Of a DNA stretch of 64,000 nucleotides, positions 1 through 10,913 are shown piece by piece (position 1 is the first letter of the stretch; each line of letters starts with the position of its first letter). A model generated the notes under the pieces. The model saw nothing but the letters and a program-made list of their open reading frames with translations. It made no database searches and had not been told where the DNA came from. Where the stretch lies: contig JANQNK010000001.1 in the NCBI GenBank assembly GCA_028279595.1, forward strand, positions 32,001-96,000. Reading direction: 5' to 3'. The position numbers were made by a program, and so were the translations under genes. The stretch is from Thermoplasmatota archaeon. Its GTDB lineage: Archaea > Thermoplasmatota > JAKEGO01.

Positions 1-2
1 CT

Positions 3-3000
3 CTGATCAAGGAGCACCTCGGCGATGAGAACGGCAGCCTGTTCATCGATGCCATCAGGAACCCCAGGAAATACATCGACAGGATCAACGCCCATCCCGA
101 ACTGTTCGGCAACAAGGACGGCCTCCGGGTCGGTAACGCCCGGTTCGCCATGGCCTCCCACGTCATCGAGAAGAACCTCGAGGACGAGGAGATCATCGAC
201 TTCCTCGTCGACGCCGAGAGACTGACCGGCAACTGGATACGGTACTTCGCCGTCGATTCGAGGATGTTCCCGTTCAGCTACTACAACACCGGTATCTTCT
301 ACGCTCCGATCACACTTTCGGACCACGCGGTCTCCGACTACCTCGACACCATGGTGCAGGTGGGCAACCAGCTCTACACACCTGAGGAGTTCGAGAGGCG
401 CCTCGCGCTGGACCCGGACCTCGAGGCGGACGACCTCGTTCTGACCTACACGCCGGCGTTCTTCGACACCATGTTCTACAAAGCCTACATCGGTTACAGC
501 GCCCTCGACATCGGGGGCAATCTGTCCATGGGCATCCCGGGGATCTCCGGGGAGCTCGCGGCACAGCCGCCGATGCAGGGCTGGATGATGAAGCACTACA
601 AGCTCATCTACAAGACGACCTACTACAACCCGTACAACTCGTCCCTCCGGACGAAGCACCAGGACGACTGGGAGATCATCCACTTCGACGAGGCTGTCGA
701 GAAGCAGGGTGACGAGAACGTGACCGGGACGGTCGATACCCAGACAGGACTGGTCCAGGGCGTCATGGTCCTCAAGTACTACCACGGTGCGAAGATATCC
801 GGCCGTGTGACGACCGAGGGCGGCGTGGGCATCCCCGGCGCCGTCGTCACGATATACGACGAGTACGGCATCCCGCACGACCTTGCGGAGACCGACGACG
901 AGGGCAACTACAATGTAATAGCACCCTCCGGGGAGGTCGTCCTCAGGGCGAGCAAGGGCGGCGACTTCAACCCGTTCTTCCAGACCTTCAACGATGTCCT
1001 CCAGGAGGAGAAGTTCAACATCACCGAGGCCCAGGCAGAGAGGCTGACCGAGGACCTCGACGGAGACGGACGGTACGACTACCTGATCGAGATGGACCTC
1101 ATCGCGAACTCCACCCACATCAACGGGACACTGTTCTGGGACGACGACGGCGACGGAGACCTCGACGACAACGAGGAGGTCATAACGGGCGCCGAGGTCG
1201 AGCTCACCGGCTCGAACATCATCTCGCTCACGACCGACGGGGAGGGCAACTTCAGCACTCCCGACGCCATCGAGACGGACTACGAGTTCGTCTTCATCCA
1301 GGACGGCAACAGGTACGAACTGGACCAGACGATATCATCGGACGGCAATCAGTCCGTCGAGGAGATGGTCCCGATCGAGGGCCTGACCGTCGAGGGGCGC
1401 GTCACGATAAACGACTCCAACGCAAGGGACGTCGAGGTAACGCTCCATGACACCGAGGCCGACATGACATACGTCACGGAAACCAACGGCAAGGGACTCT
1501 TCACGTTCGAGCGCATCCTTCCCGGAACGGACGGGAACGCGGAGTTCGAGATCACATTCGAATACGAGGGCTCCATCCCGGTCACCAGGACGTTCAACGG
1601 CCGGCTCGGCAGGAACGAGGAGGTCAACGTACAGCTGACCGGCGCCTCGGTCCTTGACGGGACGGTGACGGTGGACATGGACGGCGACGGGATATCCGAC
1701 GGCACGGTCCCGAACGCCCTGGTGGTCGCAACGGGAGACGGGACATCCTACGAGGCGATGTCCGATGCCAACGGCGACTATTCGATGGTCGTACCCGAGG
1801 GGAGCTTCATCGTATCTGCCCGCTCGGCGAACGCCGACGGACAGCTCGGCGGCGACGCCAAGGGTGAATCCCCAGGGTCGGCCAACGTCCGTATCGAACC
1901 GCTGTACTGTCTCGGCGGAACCGTCTACATCGACGGCGACGAGGACGACGAGTTCGACCAAGGGATCGATTCGGTCAGCTCGAACGCGCTGGTATCGATC
2001 ACCGGCTCATCCCAGTGGTCCGGCGTGGCCAACCAGGACGGGACCTTCACGGCCCTCCTTCCATACGGCGATTACTATGTGACCGCATCCCACGACCCGA
2101 CCGGCACCAATAGCACATACCTGAACACCAGCTGGGTCTCCCTGGACGCGTCGAGGTCCATCGACCTTCAGCTTACCCAGAGCGAGACCGTCAGCGGTTA
2201 TCTCTACTGGGACAGGAACGACAACGACCTTCCGGACGGTGACGAGTACATCGACGGTGTGCCGTTGACCTTCACTGGCGACCACGAGTTCACGACCATG
2301 ACCGGCGGAGCCCAGTTCCAATCGACCCAGCTCTTCGGGAACGGCTTCTTCTTCAACACGTTCTCGTACTCGACGGGATCCAACGGGTCCTTCGAGGCAC
2401 AGCTGATCCCGGGGAACTACACGGTCTCGATACCGAACTTCGAGGACGTCGAGCTGCCGGAGGGCGACGACATCCTCCTGGATATGACGCCTCTCGAGAC
2501 GACCTTCAGGGGCGACGTCTGGGCCGACGGGAACTTCGACACGGTCGTCGATCCATGGGAGGTCCCCTCGGCGGGCCTCGAGATCACGTTGACGAACACA
2601 CGGGACCAGAACGACGTTATCGTGACGGCCACCGGTGCGAACGGCCGCTTCATCGCATCCCTGATGCCAGGCACCTACGAGGTCAGCATCAACGGGACCG
2701 ACGGCAACGACGTCATGTTCCAGGGCGGAACATTGCTGGACATCCCATACGGCGAGGCCGAGGTCGAGACCGATATCCTGGTCTACCAGCTCTTCCACGT
2801 CATCCCCGAGTACTACATCGACGGGTCCCAGGAGGACCTCGTCTTCGGGCCCGACGACGAGTTCAGGATCGTGGCCTCGGAGGCGAGATGGAACCTGAGC
2901 GTCCCGAACGAGTTCGGCGATCCGGACTGGACCGAGGGCGGGTTCATCTTCCCCGGCGAGTACGACGTCTACATATCCCACGACGGCTACGCCTACATGG

Positions 3001-5300
3001 GAGACATCAACGCGACCCAGAGCCAGTCCTACCGATTCGACCTCCGGCCGGGGGTCCAGTACACGGGCGAGGTCAGGACGGTCGATCAGGGACAGACGGT
3101 CAACCGGGACGTCGGAGAACTGGCGATCTCGTTCAGGACCCAGGACGATGTATACCTCACAGAGTTCCTAACCCTGGACCCGATCGGCAACGATTACAAT
3201 TTCAGCGCATTCCTCCCGCCGGGGGACATCGACGTATCGATAGACCATACCCATCTGAACGACGTCTATCTGCTGGATGGACCGCTCACCAACGGTTCCA
3301 TCGAGATGGTCCGTCACTTCAGGATCACCGGGAAGGTCTATTACGATGAGGACCAGGACGGCAACCGCGACTCGAGGGAGGGCCTCGAGGGTGTCGAGCT
3401 GTCGTTCACAGGCGACAACACGTTCAATGTCACCACCGAGGAGAACGGGGATTACACTGTCTATCTGCCCTTCGGCACCCACGGATCGTACAACATCTCC
3501 TTACCCTCTTCCGACTACGTCGAGATCGCTCCTGACCTGGTCGCCGTGCCTGCTGGCACCACGCACATAAGGGTCCAGCCGAGGAACCTCACGGTAACCG
3601 GTACGACCTTCAATGACATCGACATGGACGGCCAGTCCGATGCTGGCGAGGCGGTCGACGCCGACAGGATAGTGTTCATACCCGATTTCGGCACGACGGT
3701 CTCCGTTACACCGTCCGGCGCGAACTACACGGTAGACCTTGCTCCAGGGCCTTACACGGTACACGCCTACTCCGACGACCATGCGGTGATCACCGAGGTG
3801 GACGTTTCCATCGGCAACGATACCGTCATCGACCTGAACATGACCGAGGCCGTCAGCGTAACAGGTACGATCTACTATGTCAACATGACAGGGGATACCA
3901 TCCTCCCGTCCACAGCGGACCTGAAGAAGGAGTTGAGCCTGGCGGGAGATGAGGGAACCATTCTCGTCCCTGTCCATACCGGCCAGTATCAGGTCGTGGT
4001 GCCCGTCGGCAGGTACAAGGTCAAGGCTACTGCCGAGATGGACGAGTACGGCATCACGAGCGAGTACGCGGTCAACAAGAACTACCAGTTCGAGACCGAG
4101 ATCATGAACTTCGAGCTCCCCAGGGACGACGACTATTCCGTCAGGGTCCGCTGGGACGAGGAGGCCGTAAGGACGCTGCCCGGCACGATGGTGGACTACA
4201 CGATCACCGTGCAGAACACCGGGAACATGCTCATGAACCGCGTCGACGTCACCTCGCAGAACGCACCGGACGGCTGGAACGTCACCTTCGGGAACGAGAC
4301 CTCCACGAGGGTGGACCTCGGACTGAACGAGACCGTCGAGGTCGTCGTGACCATCGCACTGCCATCGGTCACGGAATCCGGTCTCCAGGATGTCAGGATC
4401 AGGGCTGTCCCCCTCGAGGCGGCGTCGGACGACGACTCCGAGACCCTCGAGGTCAACGTGAGCGCGACATACTCGTTCAAGCTTGATGTACTTCGTCCCG
4501 AGAACGGCATTGGCCAGAACATGACCGCCATCATCGATTTCGTCGTCGTGAACCTGGGGAACGCCGAGGACACGTTCATCATCGAACCCCCTGTCGATCC
4601 GGCCGGGTTCACACTCGATATGATGAACGGGACCATGCACCCGATGATCGACACGGACGGTGACGGAGAGCTCGACACCGGCCCGATAAGGGCCTTCGAG
4701 CCCCAGCCGGTGTTCATCAACGTGACCACCGCGGCCGACGCGACCGGCAAGGTAAGCCTGCCCGTGAGGGTAACATCCGTCACATCGGGGATCACGAAGA
4801 CCGCCTATCTGTCGATCCAGGTGATAGACCCCGACATAGGGGTCAACTCGCTGGTGGCCACCGAGACGGCCATCGGCGACGACACGTTCGTCGACCTCTC
4901 CTTCAACGTCTCGAACACGGGGCTCCGCGATGTGGACAACATCGACATCGAGTTCTTCATGGACGGCGATCCGATCGGTTCACGCGACGATGTGATCTAC
5001 AACGGCGCGCCGGTCGGGAACGGGACCATCAACTCGCCGATCGGGCTGAACCTGTCGCTCTCGGTGAGCATCCAGGTGAACTCGACTGGAACGCACACCT
5101 TTGACGTTGTCGTGACACCTGCCGACGATCCCGACGCCCACATGGGCGACAACAGGGCGTCGACGGAGCTGAAGGTTGGGAAGACGGCCTCTGACGACGA
5201 GGGCGCCGACGATTCCATCGTCCAGTTCCTTGCGGTCGCGATAGTCATACTGGTCCTGCTCATCGTGTACGGGGTTTACAGGAGAAAGAGGCGCTGGTAG
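3..5300 (+). CDS. aglB: Oligosaccharyltransferase AglB (STT3 family), C-terminal part, with a very long extracellular extension and C-terminal TM anchor; 5'-truncated by the window edge
   Basis: The frame is open from position 3 (LIKEHLGDENG...). IRYFAVDSRMFPFS..NTGIFYAP and FFDTMFYKAYIGY resemble the Thermoplasmata AglB C-domain. Carboxypeptidase-regulatory/SdrD-B-like repeats with DxDxDG loops, NEW3/CARDB-like domains, a TM helix and RRKRRW follow. The WWDYG motif would lie upstream of the window. Confidence 0.75.
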   Translation: MIKEHLGDENGSLFIDAIRNPRKYIDRINAHPELFGNKDGLRVGNARFAMASHVIEKNLEDEEIIDFLVDAERLTGNWIRYFAVDSRMFPFSYYNTGIFYAPITLSDHAVSDYLDTMVQVGNQLYTPEEFERRLALDPDLEADDLVLTYTPAFFDTMFYKAYIGYSALDIGGNLSMGIPGISGELAAQPPMQGWMMKHYKLIYKTTYYNPYNSSLRTKHQDDWEIIHFDEAVEKQGDENVTGTVDTQTGLVQGVMVLKYYHGAKISGRVTTEGGVGIPGAVVTIYDEYGIPHDLAETDDEGNYNVIAPSGEVVLRASKGGDFNPFFQTFNDVLQEEKFNITEAQAERLTEDLDGDGRYDYLIEMDLIANSTHINGTLFWDDDGDGDLDDNEEVITGAEVELTGSNIISLTTDGEGNFSTPDAIETDYEFVFIQDGNRYELDQTISSDGNQSVEEMVPIEGLTVEGRVTINDSNARDVEVTLHDTEADMTYVTETNGKGLFTFERILPGTDGNAEFEITFEYEGSIPVTRTFNGRLGRNEEVNVQLTGASVLDGTVTVDMDGDGISDGTVPNALVVATGDGTSYEAMSDANGDYSMVVPEGSFIVSARSANADGQLGGDAKGESPGSANVRIEPLYCLGGTVYIDGDEDDEFDQGIDSVSSNALVSITGSSQWSGVANQDGTFTALLPYGDYYVTASHDPTGTNSTYLNTSWVSLDASRSIDLQLTQSETVSGYLYWDRNDNDLPDGDEYIDGVPLTFTGDHEFTTMTGGAQFQSTQLFGNGFFFNTFSYSTGSNGSFEAQLIPGNYTVSIPNFEDVELPEGDDILLDMTPLETTFRGDVWADGNFDTVVDPWEVPSAGLEITLTNTRDQNDVIVTATGANGRFIASLMPGTYEVSINGTDGNDVMFQGGTLLDIPYGEAEVETDILVYQLFHVIPEYYIDGSQEDLVFGPDDEFRIVASEARWNLSVPNEFGDPDWTEGGFIFPGEYDVYISHDGYAYMGDINATQSQSYRFDLRPGVQYTGEVRTVDQGQTVNRDVGELAISFRTQDDVYLTEFLTLDPIGNDYNFSAFLPPGDIDVSIDHTHLNDVYLLDGPLTNGSIEMVRHFRITGKVYYDEDQDGNRDSREGLEGVELSFTGDNTFNVTTEENGDYTVYLPFGTHGSYNISLPSSDYVEIAPDLVAVPAGTTHIRVQPRNLTVTGTTFNDIDMDGQSDAGEAVDADRIVFIPDFGTTVSVTPSGANYTVDLAPGPYTVHAYSDDHAVITEVDVSIGNDTVIDLNMTEAVSVTGTIYYVNMTGDTILPSTADLKKELSLAGDEGTILVPVHTGQYQVVVPVGRYKVKATAEMDEYGITSEYAVNKNYQFETEIMNFELPRDDDYSVRVRWDEEAVRTLPGTMVDYTITVQNTGNMLMNRVDVTSQNAPDGWNVTFGNETSTRVDLGLNETVEVVVTIALPSVTESGLQDVRIRAVPLEAASDDDSETLEVNVSATYSFKLDVLRPENGIGQNMTAIIDFVVVNLGNAEDTFIIEPPVDPAGFTLDMMNGTMHPMIDTDGDGELDTGPIRAFEPQPVFINVTTAADATGKVSLPVRVTSVTSGITKTAYLSIQVIDPDIGVNSLVATETAIGDDTFVDLSFNVSNTGLRDVDNIDIEFFMDGDPIGSRDDVIYNGAPVGNGTINSPIGLNLSLSVSIQVNSTGTHTFDVVVTPADDPDAHMGDNRASTELKVGKTASDDEGADDSIVQFLAVAIVILVLLIVYGVYRRKRRW

Positions 5301-5331
5301 GGAAAACGGTCCAGACCGCGTATTTCATATA

Positions 5332-5347
5332 CCCAGCGCGAGCTGGG
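5332..5347. terminator. GC hairpin between convergent genes (possible terminator)
   Basis: CCCAGC-GCGA-GCTGGG is a perfect 6-bp stem with a GNRA loop. Confidence 0.25.
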
Positions 5348-5385
5348 CCATTTCGATATCTGTAGTTCGGGGACGGGATCCGAGT

Positions 5386-5985
5386 TCAGTCCTCATCGTG
5401 CTCGTCGAACGTATAGAGCGGGTGATGCCGTTTCCGTCCGGTCTTGATCATCTCGAGAAGGTCCTTGAACCTGGGATCGCCTGCATCCCTCATCATCTCG
5501 TAGATCAGCGACTGCGACGTCGTCACGACCGCCCCCAGCTGACCAAGCCGATCCAGGGCGCGCCTGTGGTCCTCGGGGTCCATCGAGCCCACTGCGTCAG
5601 CGACGACGTAGACCCTCATACCCCGATCGAGGGCTTCGATCGCCGTCTGCAGGATGCATATATGCGTCTCGATCCCTATGAGGACCACCGTGTTGCGGCC
5701 CAGGTGGACCGCCTTGTCGGCGAAACTCCTGCAGGCGAACGCGTTGAATACCTTCTTCTCGTCGGGGTTATATCTCGGCAACGCCGACTCGACCTGGGCT
5801 ATCGTGGAGCCTAGACCTGCAGGGTTCTGCTCCGTGACCAGTATCGGCATGTTGAATATCTTAACGCCGTTGATCGTGAACAGGACCTTGTCGAGGACGA
5901 CATCGTGCTCGGCCACCCTCGGGAAGAGCTTCTCCTGGATATCGACGACTAGAAGGAACGTGTCATTGACGTCTATCAGAGGCAT
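5386..5985 (-). CDS. Isochorismatase-family cysteine hydrolase
   Basis: LLVVDIQEKL, TEQNPAGLGST and GIETHICILQTA supply the Asp-Lys-Cys triad motifs. Start reassigned to ATG 5985. Confidence 0.9.
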   Translation of the reverse strand: MPLIDVNDTFLLVVDIQEKLFPRVAEHDVVLDKVLFTINGVKIFNMPILVTEQNPAGLGSTIAQVESALPRYNPDEKKVFNAFACRSFADKAVHLGRNTVVLIGIETHICILQTAIEALDRGMRVYVVADAVGSMDPEDHRRALDRLGQLGAVVTTSQSLIYEMMRDAGDPRFKDLLEMIKTGRKRHHPLYTFDEHDED

Positions 5986-6032
5986 GCACCCTCCATGCTG
6001 GAGGGCGGTAAAAACGTTTGTGCCATTGGACC

Positions 6033-8960
6033 TCACTCGACTATGAACTCGAAGCTGCAACCGGCGCATCTGACGGTAGCGGGACGCTTCGCTGGAATGT
6101 AGACGGCGACCCCGCACATCGGACAGGGGGCCTCTGTCGCCATCGAGACCTCGTCATCGACCGCCTCGGAGGTGGGAGGTTCCGGCTCGGACACCTCGAC
6201 CTCCTCCCCAGGCTCCTCTTCCATCTCCTCCTCGACCTCTTCCTCTATCTCGTCGACGATCCTGGAGGGACGCCTTGCGGGGATCCGGTGCCCCTCCTCG
6301 GACGGAAGCAGGGCCTCAAGTTCCTCGAGCTTCTTCTTGAACTTCTTTGCACGCCTGGTGTGCTTCTCGTCGTCCTTCTTCAGCTTTCGGATCTTCCGCT
6401 GTGAGCCGGCGAGGGCGATCAACAGGACCAGGATGACCACGATGAGGACCATCGCTACCAGGTACATGATGTCGAAACCATCGTCATCATCATCCGAGAC
6501 CGCCTCCTTGACATGGAGGGGAACATGGGTGTCCATGGTCTCGATCCCATCGGAGGTCAGATACTGGGCTGTCAAAGTCACCGTGTAATCGCCAGCGACA
6601 AGGTCGGTGACCATGACCGTACCGTTGGGCGATGTTACATTGTATGATTTGGCTATGGTATCATAACGATGATCCTGCCGTATTGTTAGGAATGCTCCAA
6701 GAAATTCACCATCCCCCCCCCATGGATTCGTTTGATAGCCCAATACGAACGTTTTCCGGTTCTCGACCGAAGTGGGTACATGGACCTCGGCCCACCCTTC
6801 GAAATAGAGGACGATGGAACCCTCAACGGCCCTTCCATTGTCGAAGGCGCGGACGGTCACCTTGACGAAATCATCATCCCAGCCCGAAGGCACATATATT
6901 CTGAAGTCACCCACTGAAGAGCTCAAGTTCCCCGATCGAAGGCCGCCCAAGGCCTCGTATTCGATGACCGCATCTTCGGTCACATTTGGAACTGCATATC
7001 TGATCATGAACCCGTTCCCACTCCGGCGAACTGGATATTTCCCTACATGTTCGATAAAGACCTGGGACGAGGTCACCTCGATGTCTAGCGAACCCGTGAC
7101 CAGGGATCCGTTCACCACTGCCGATCCAAGGAGTCTTACTGTTCCGTCGGACTCCGGCATGGTGATCGTTATCTCCTCCTCGGTGGTCCCTGCATCAAAC
7201 GCCCCATCAAGGAATTCAGCCACGTAATCGACCCTGGCTGTGACGGATTCATTACTATCCATAACGACTACGTTGTAGTCGGCATCCTCCCCAGCTACTA
7301 CGATCTCAGGTCCAATGAATGAAAGGCTGCGGGATCCTCCCGAGACCGATACGATATGCCTTGTGGTAGGATACCCGACCGATGATATCGAAATCGAGTG
7401 GCTGCCCTCCTCCATGGATCCATGAAAAAGGACCGCTTTCCCGGAGCCATCCGTGGTCAGGTCCGTTTCCTCGCTCCCGACCTCGACCTCAATATCGACA
7501 TTCCTGACCGGTGATGACACCTTCTCGATCGTATATCCGGAGGATTCAACGAAATAAATGAGGTCACCCACTCGCATCAACGGTCTGTCGAATGGGTCGG
7601 TCCCCTCTGACATCGGTGGCACATAGGAGGTGACATCGCCATGCGGAGTCCGGATCCACCAAACCGGCCTCTCCCCGAGAATCTCGGTCGAGATCGTTAG
7701 CTTCAGAGGCTCGTCGGTCCCGAAGTGCGTGGCCCCCTCGACAGTTATGATCGGCTCTCCGAAGGCCAATGGCACGGTCTTCCTCACGGTCCTGGACGAG
7801 ATGTTGAGATAGAACTCGATCCTGTTATCGGCGCCGGTGGCCCAGAGGGAGTCTCCGTAGACCACGTCAGGCACGCTCGTGAACGTGTCATATCCGTTGA
7901 GCTTGTTGAGCTGGTCCTGGACCCTCTCCACACCGTCCACGGTGTTGTAGATCACGTCCCAGTCGAGCTCCTCGAAGTCATCGAGCCCCATGCCGATGTC
8001 CCGTGCCGAGAAGTAGGTCTTGGTCAATGAACCAGGTTCATACACATCCATGGTGGTGTCGGCCCAGAGGTCGCAGTAAGAGACGTGGATCCTATCCCTG
8101 AACATCGTTACGCCGTCCAGCAACATGGTCAAGGTGTAGAATCCCGGGTCCCCGGAGCCCGGAAGGGCAACGTCGGTCGTCTCGTATATGTTCGAATTCT
8201 GTACGCTTCCGGAGGGGGAGATGACGCTCATGTCGAGGTCTAGCGAGGTGTGGACCGTTATCGTCTCGCCGAAGTGATAGATGTCCTTTGCAGGGAACAC
8301 GGAAACATCCGAGACGGTGAACGTACCGATCAGTCCACCGAACTCCGTCCTAAGCTCATAGATGCCGGGGTCGTATGTCAGCGGTATCTCGAACCCGCCC
8401 TCGGGGCCTTCGAGGGGATCGCTGACAGAGGAGTGCTGGTCGTCGTAGACCTCGATGGTCCCGACATCGGTGACGTTCGTGACGGCAAGGTCGTTGAGGA
8501 CGGAATACCAGACGGTGTCCCCGGGGGCGTAGAAGGTCCGGTCCGTCGTAACACCCAGCAGGTCCAATGAGACGCTGTCCAGGAAGAACCCGTCACCGCC
8601 GCCCCAGCCGTCCTGGCTGTCGGGGTCGCATACTGAATAGACGTAGGTTCCAGCGTATGGATAAGAGGTGGCAAGGCTAACGTTGAACCAGCCATCGGCC
8701 TCGGAAGTGAACGGCCATCCCTCCGGGAGGTACGATCCGTCAGGGAACATGGTGTACAAGGCGGCGCTGTCGATGAGGGGTGTTCCCCCGTCATGCACGA
8801 ACACCGTCATGTTGACGTCCCCACCCGGGAGGAGTGCTCCAGTCCCGGGATGGTCGACGCTCTCCATCGTGAGGTCGGCCTCGAAACCGGAGGCACCACC
8901 CGCTGCCATGGCTATCGTTAGAATACATACTATCATCAGGCCCCGCACAACCCAACTCAT
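6033..8960 (-). CDS. Large membrane-anchored surface protein with macroglobulin (MG)-like repeats, cytoplasmic coiled-coil/acidic tail and C-terminal zinc ribbon
   Basis: Signal peptide; TDRTFYAPGDTV, AKDIYHFGETI and TMDVYEPGSL are MG2-like motifs; a TM helix near the C-terminus; ends CPMC...CAGC. Confidence 0.7.
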   Translation of the reverse strand: MSWVVRGLMIVCILTIAMAAGGASGFEADLTMESVDHPGTGALLPGGDVNMTVFVHDGGTPLIDSAALYTMFPDGSYLPEGWPFTSEADGWFNVSLATSYPYAGTYVYSVCDPDSQDGWGGGDGFFLDSVSLDLLGVTTDRTFYAPGDTVWYSVLNDLAVTNVTDVGTIEVYDDQHSSVSDPLEGPEGGFEIPLTYDPGIYELRTEFGGLIGTFTVSDVSVFPAKDIYHFGETITVHTSLDLDMSVISPSGSVQNSNIYETTDVALPGSGDPGFYTLTMLLDGVTMFRDRIHVSYCDLWADTTMDVYEPGSLTKTYFSARDIGMGLDDFEELDWDVIYNTVDGVERVQDQLNKLNGYDTFTSVPDVVYGDSLWATGADNRIEFYLNISSRTVRKTVPLAFGEPIITVEGATHFGTDEPLKLTISTEILGERPVWWIRTPHGDVTSYVPPMSEGTDPFDRPLMRVGDLIYFVESSGYTIEKVSSPVRNVDIEVEVGSEETDLTTDGSGKAVLFHGSMEEGSHSISISSVGYPTTRHIVSVSGGSRSLSFIGPEIVVAGEDADYNVVVMDSNESVTARVDYVAEFLDGAFDAGTTEEEITITMPESDGTVRLLGSAVVNGSLVTGSLDIEVTSSQVFIEHVGKYPVRRSGNGFMIRYAVPNVTEDAVIEYEALGGLRSGNLSSSVGDFRIYVPSGWDDDFVKVTVRAFDNGRAVEGSIVLYFEGWAEVHVPTSVENRKTFVLGYQTNPWGGDGEFLGAFLTIRQDHRYDTIAKSYNVTSPNGTVMVTDLVAGDYTVTLTAQYLTSDGIETMDTHVPLHVKEAVSDDDDDGFDIMYLVAMVLIVVILVLLIALAGSQRKIRKLKKDDEKHTRRAKKFKKKLEELEALLPSEEGHRIPARRPSRIVDEIEEEVEEEMEEEPGEEVEVSEPEPPTSEAVDDEVSMATEAPCPMCGVAVYIPAKRPATVRCAGCSFEFIVE

Positions 8961-9048
8961 CGTGTCCACCCGTCCACGCATCCACTTCGGATTATTAAAT
9001 CCTTTTTAAAGGAACGGGAAATGGGGACCGATCCACTAGAAAACCAAT

Positions 9049-9267
9049 TCAGCGCCAGTGCGCCCTGTCTATCTCCCTGTCCTTCTTGGCCTTCTTCTTG
9101 TACTCCTTGTAATGCTCCTGGCAAAGGTGGACGCGTCTCTTAACCGCGTGCCCCTTCTTCTTCGCTGGCGCGGCCACCTCGAGATACGGTGAGACCCTTG
9201 AAAACGGCAGGGACCTCGTCGCCTCCTTCTCGCATCCGGTCACGCCGCACTTCGGTTCCGGTGTCAT
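9049..9267 (-). CDS. Small basic zinc-finger-like protein (72 aa)
   Basis: CGVTGC...HLCQEHY gives a C2-CxxH ligand pattern, followed by a Lys-rich tail. Confidence 0.7.
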   Translation of the reverse strand: MTPEPKCGVTGCEKEATRSLPFSRVSPYLEVAAPAKKKGHAVKRRVHLCQEHYKEYKKKAKKDREIDRAHWR

Positions 9268-9370
9268 GGTGATCCTGCATCGATAATCCCCACCGTATTT
9301 ATCGATGCCGGTTGAATGGGGACCCAGGCCCCCGAAAAGTATTAAGAACGCTAAGGGGTCTCTAGTCGGT

Positions 9371-10864
9371 ATGCCGGGCTCATGGAGATGGGGTATCATA
9401 CTATCTATCCTCATCATCGTCCTCGTATCGCAGGGTGGGTCCGCAAATCGGGGATGGAGCGCCTCATACGGGGACGAGGTCCATTCGGCCCGCTTGGTCG
9501 ATGACTCCCTCTATCTCCTCATCGAGCAGGACTCCGTGATGTACCTTTCAAGGGTCGACAACGGCAGCCAGGTATGGCGGTATCCCCTCCCCGAGGGAAG
9601 TCCGGTGGTGGTACCCGCTGTATCCGGGGACATTGTCGTCACTCCTTTCGGTCGGGGTACCGCGGGCATCAACATAACCGACGGCAGCCTCATGTGGAAC
9701 ATCTCGGTCGAGCTGGCCGACGACCCCGAGATCGACGGTGCATTGATGTTCCTCCCGAACGGGTCGAGGCTCTCTGCGCGGTTCACCGGTGCACAGCACG
9801 AGGAGCTATGGAACGCATCGCTCTTCGAGGACCTCCGTTTCATTCTCCCAATCGATGACCTCGTGGTCCTCGGACACGGCGACGGCGTTGTCTCGGCGCT
9901 CAACAGGTCCGACGGCTCCACTGAATGGTTCGTGATCCCCGAAGGCGTCGAGCTTGGCCGGCCTCTCGTCGCGGGCGACGTGATCTACGTGGTCAGCGGC
10001 AACTCAACCTCAGGTGACCTGAACGCCATCAACGTCGGCGGATACATCGAGTGGACCCGGGAGATCGGTCCGACGGAGGCTCCTCCGCTGGCGTTCGACG
10101 GCATCACCGTGGTAACGGTCGACGGCCTTGTACGCTCGTATACCGAGAACGGGACGGCAACGAGATTGAACAGCACTGGATTGGCCGTATCCGATGCCTT
10201 TTCCGCCGACGATCGGATCTACGCCCTCACCCCCTCCGGCAACCTTACCGAGGTCATTCTTATGAACGGTTCTGCCGTCCCCGGTTGGAACCTGAGCGTC
10301 GGGACCCGCCTGGCACCGGTCGGTGTCGGTGACGGCCTAATACACGTTCATGATGGGAGTGGAAGCGTCATTGCCATCGATGGCGTCCCGTTGCAGGACC
10401 CGTTCCTCGTTCCCGGCTCGCTTTTCCTGGCGCACGATCCCCCCCTCGAGGGTTACGAGACGACCGTCAACTTCGGTGTCGGGAACCGGGGCACTGCACC
10501 CTCCAGCATTGTGGTCTCCGTCAACATCGACGGCGAGGAGTTCGATAGGAAGGCCGTCGCCATCGGACCCGGCGACGTCATCCCGATCGAGGTCCCGTGG
10601 AAACCCTCCCTGGGGGATACCACGGTCACGGTCTCGATGGAGGTCGATGGCGATGAGATATCCTACACCGACGACGAGCTGGAGATGACCACCGAGGTCG
10701 TGCAGACCGTCGAAGAGGACGACATGGAATTCCTCATGACCATCCTCGTAGGATTCGTCATACTATGGGGTCTCCTGATAGTCATCGCCATCGTCTGGAG
10801 GAAGTACGTCCACCGGACAAAACGTGTTGGCGGAAAGGGAGAGGCCGAGGAGGATGAGAAGTAG
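9371..10864 (+). CDS. PQQ-like beta-propeller + CARDB surface protein with C-terminal TM anchor
   Basis: Signal peptide; repeated xGxxxW propeller motifs (NGSQVW, DGSLMW, DGSTEW); CARDB-like VGNRG..VPW; TM helix plus basic tail. Confidence 0.8.
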   Translation: MPGSWRWGIILSILIIVLVSQGGSANRGWSASYGDEVHSARLVDDSLYLLIEQDSVMYLSRVDNGSQVWRYPLPEGSPVVVPAVSGDIVVTPFGRGTAGINITDGSLMWNISVELADDPEIDGALMFLPNGSRLSARFTGAQHEELWNASLFEDLRFILPIDDLVVLGHGDGVVSALNRSDGSTEWFVIPEGVELGRPLVAGDVIYVVSGNSTSGDLNAINVGGYIEWTREIGPTEAPPLAFDGITVVTVDGLVRSYTENGTATRLNSTGLAVSDAFSADDRIYALTPSGNLTEVILMNGSAVPGWNLSVGTRLAPVGVGDGLIHVHDGSGSVIAIDGVPLQDPFLVPGSLFLAHDPPLEGYETTVNFGVGNRGTAPSSIVVSVNIDGEEFDRKAVAIGPGDVIPIEVPWKPSLGDTTVTVSMEVDGDEISYTDDELEMTTEVVQTVEEDDMEFLMTILVGFVILWGLLIVIAIVWRKYVHRTKRVGGKGEAEEDEK

Positions 10865-10913
10865 AGACCGGGCTGGGCCCGGACTTTGAGGATTGGCCTA
10901 TCGTGATGCAAGA

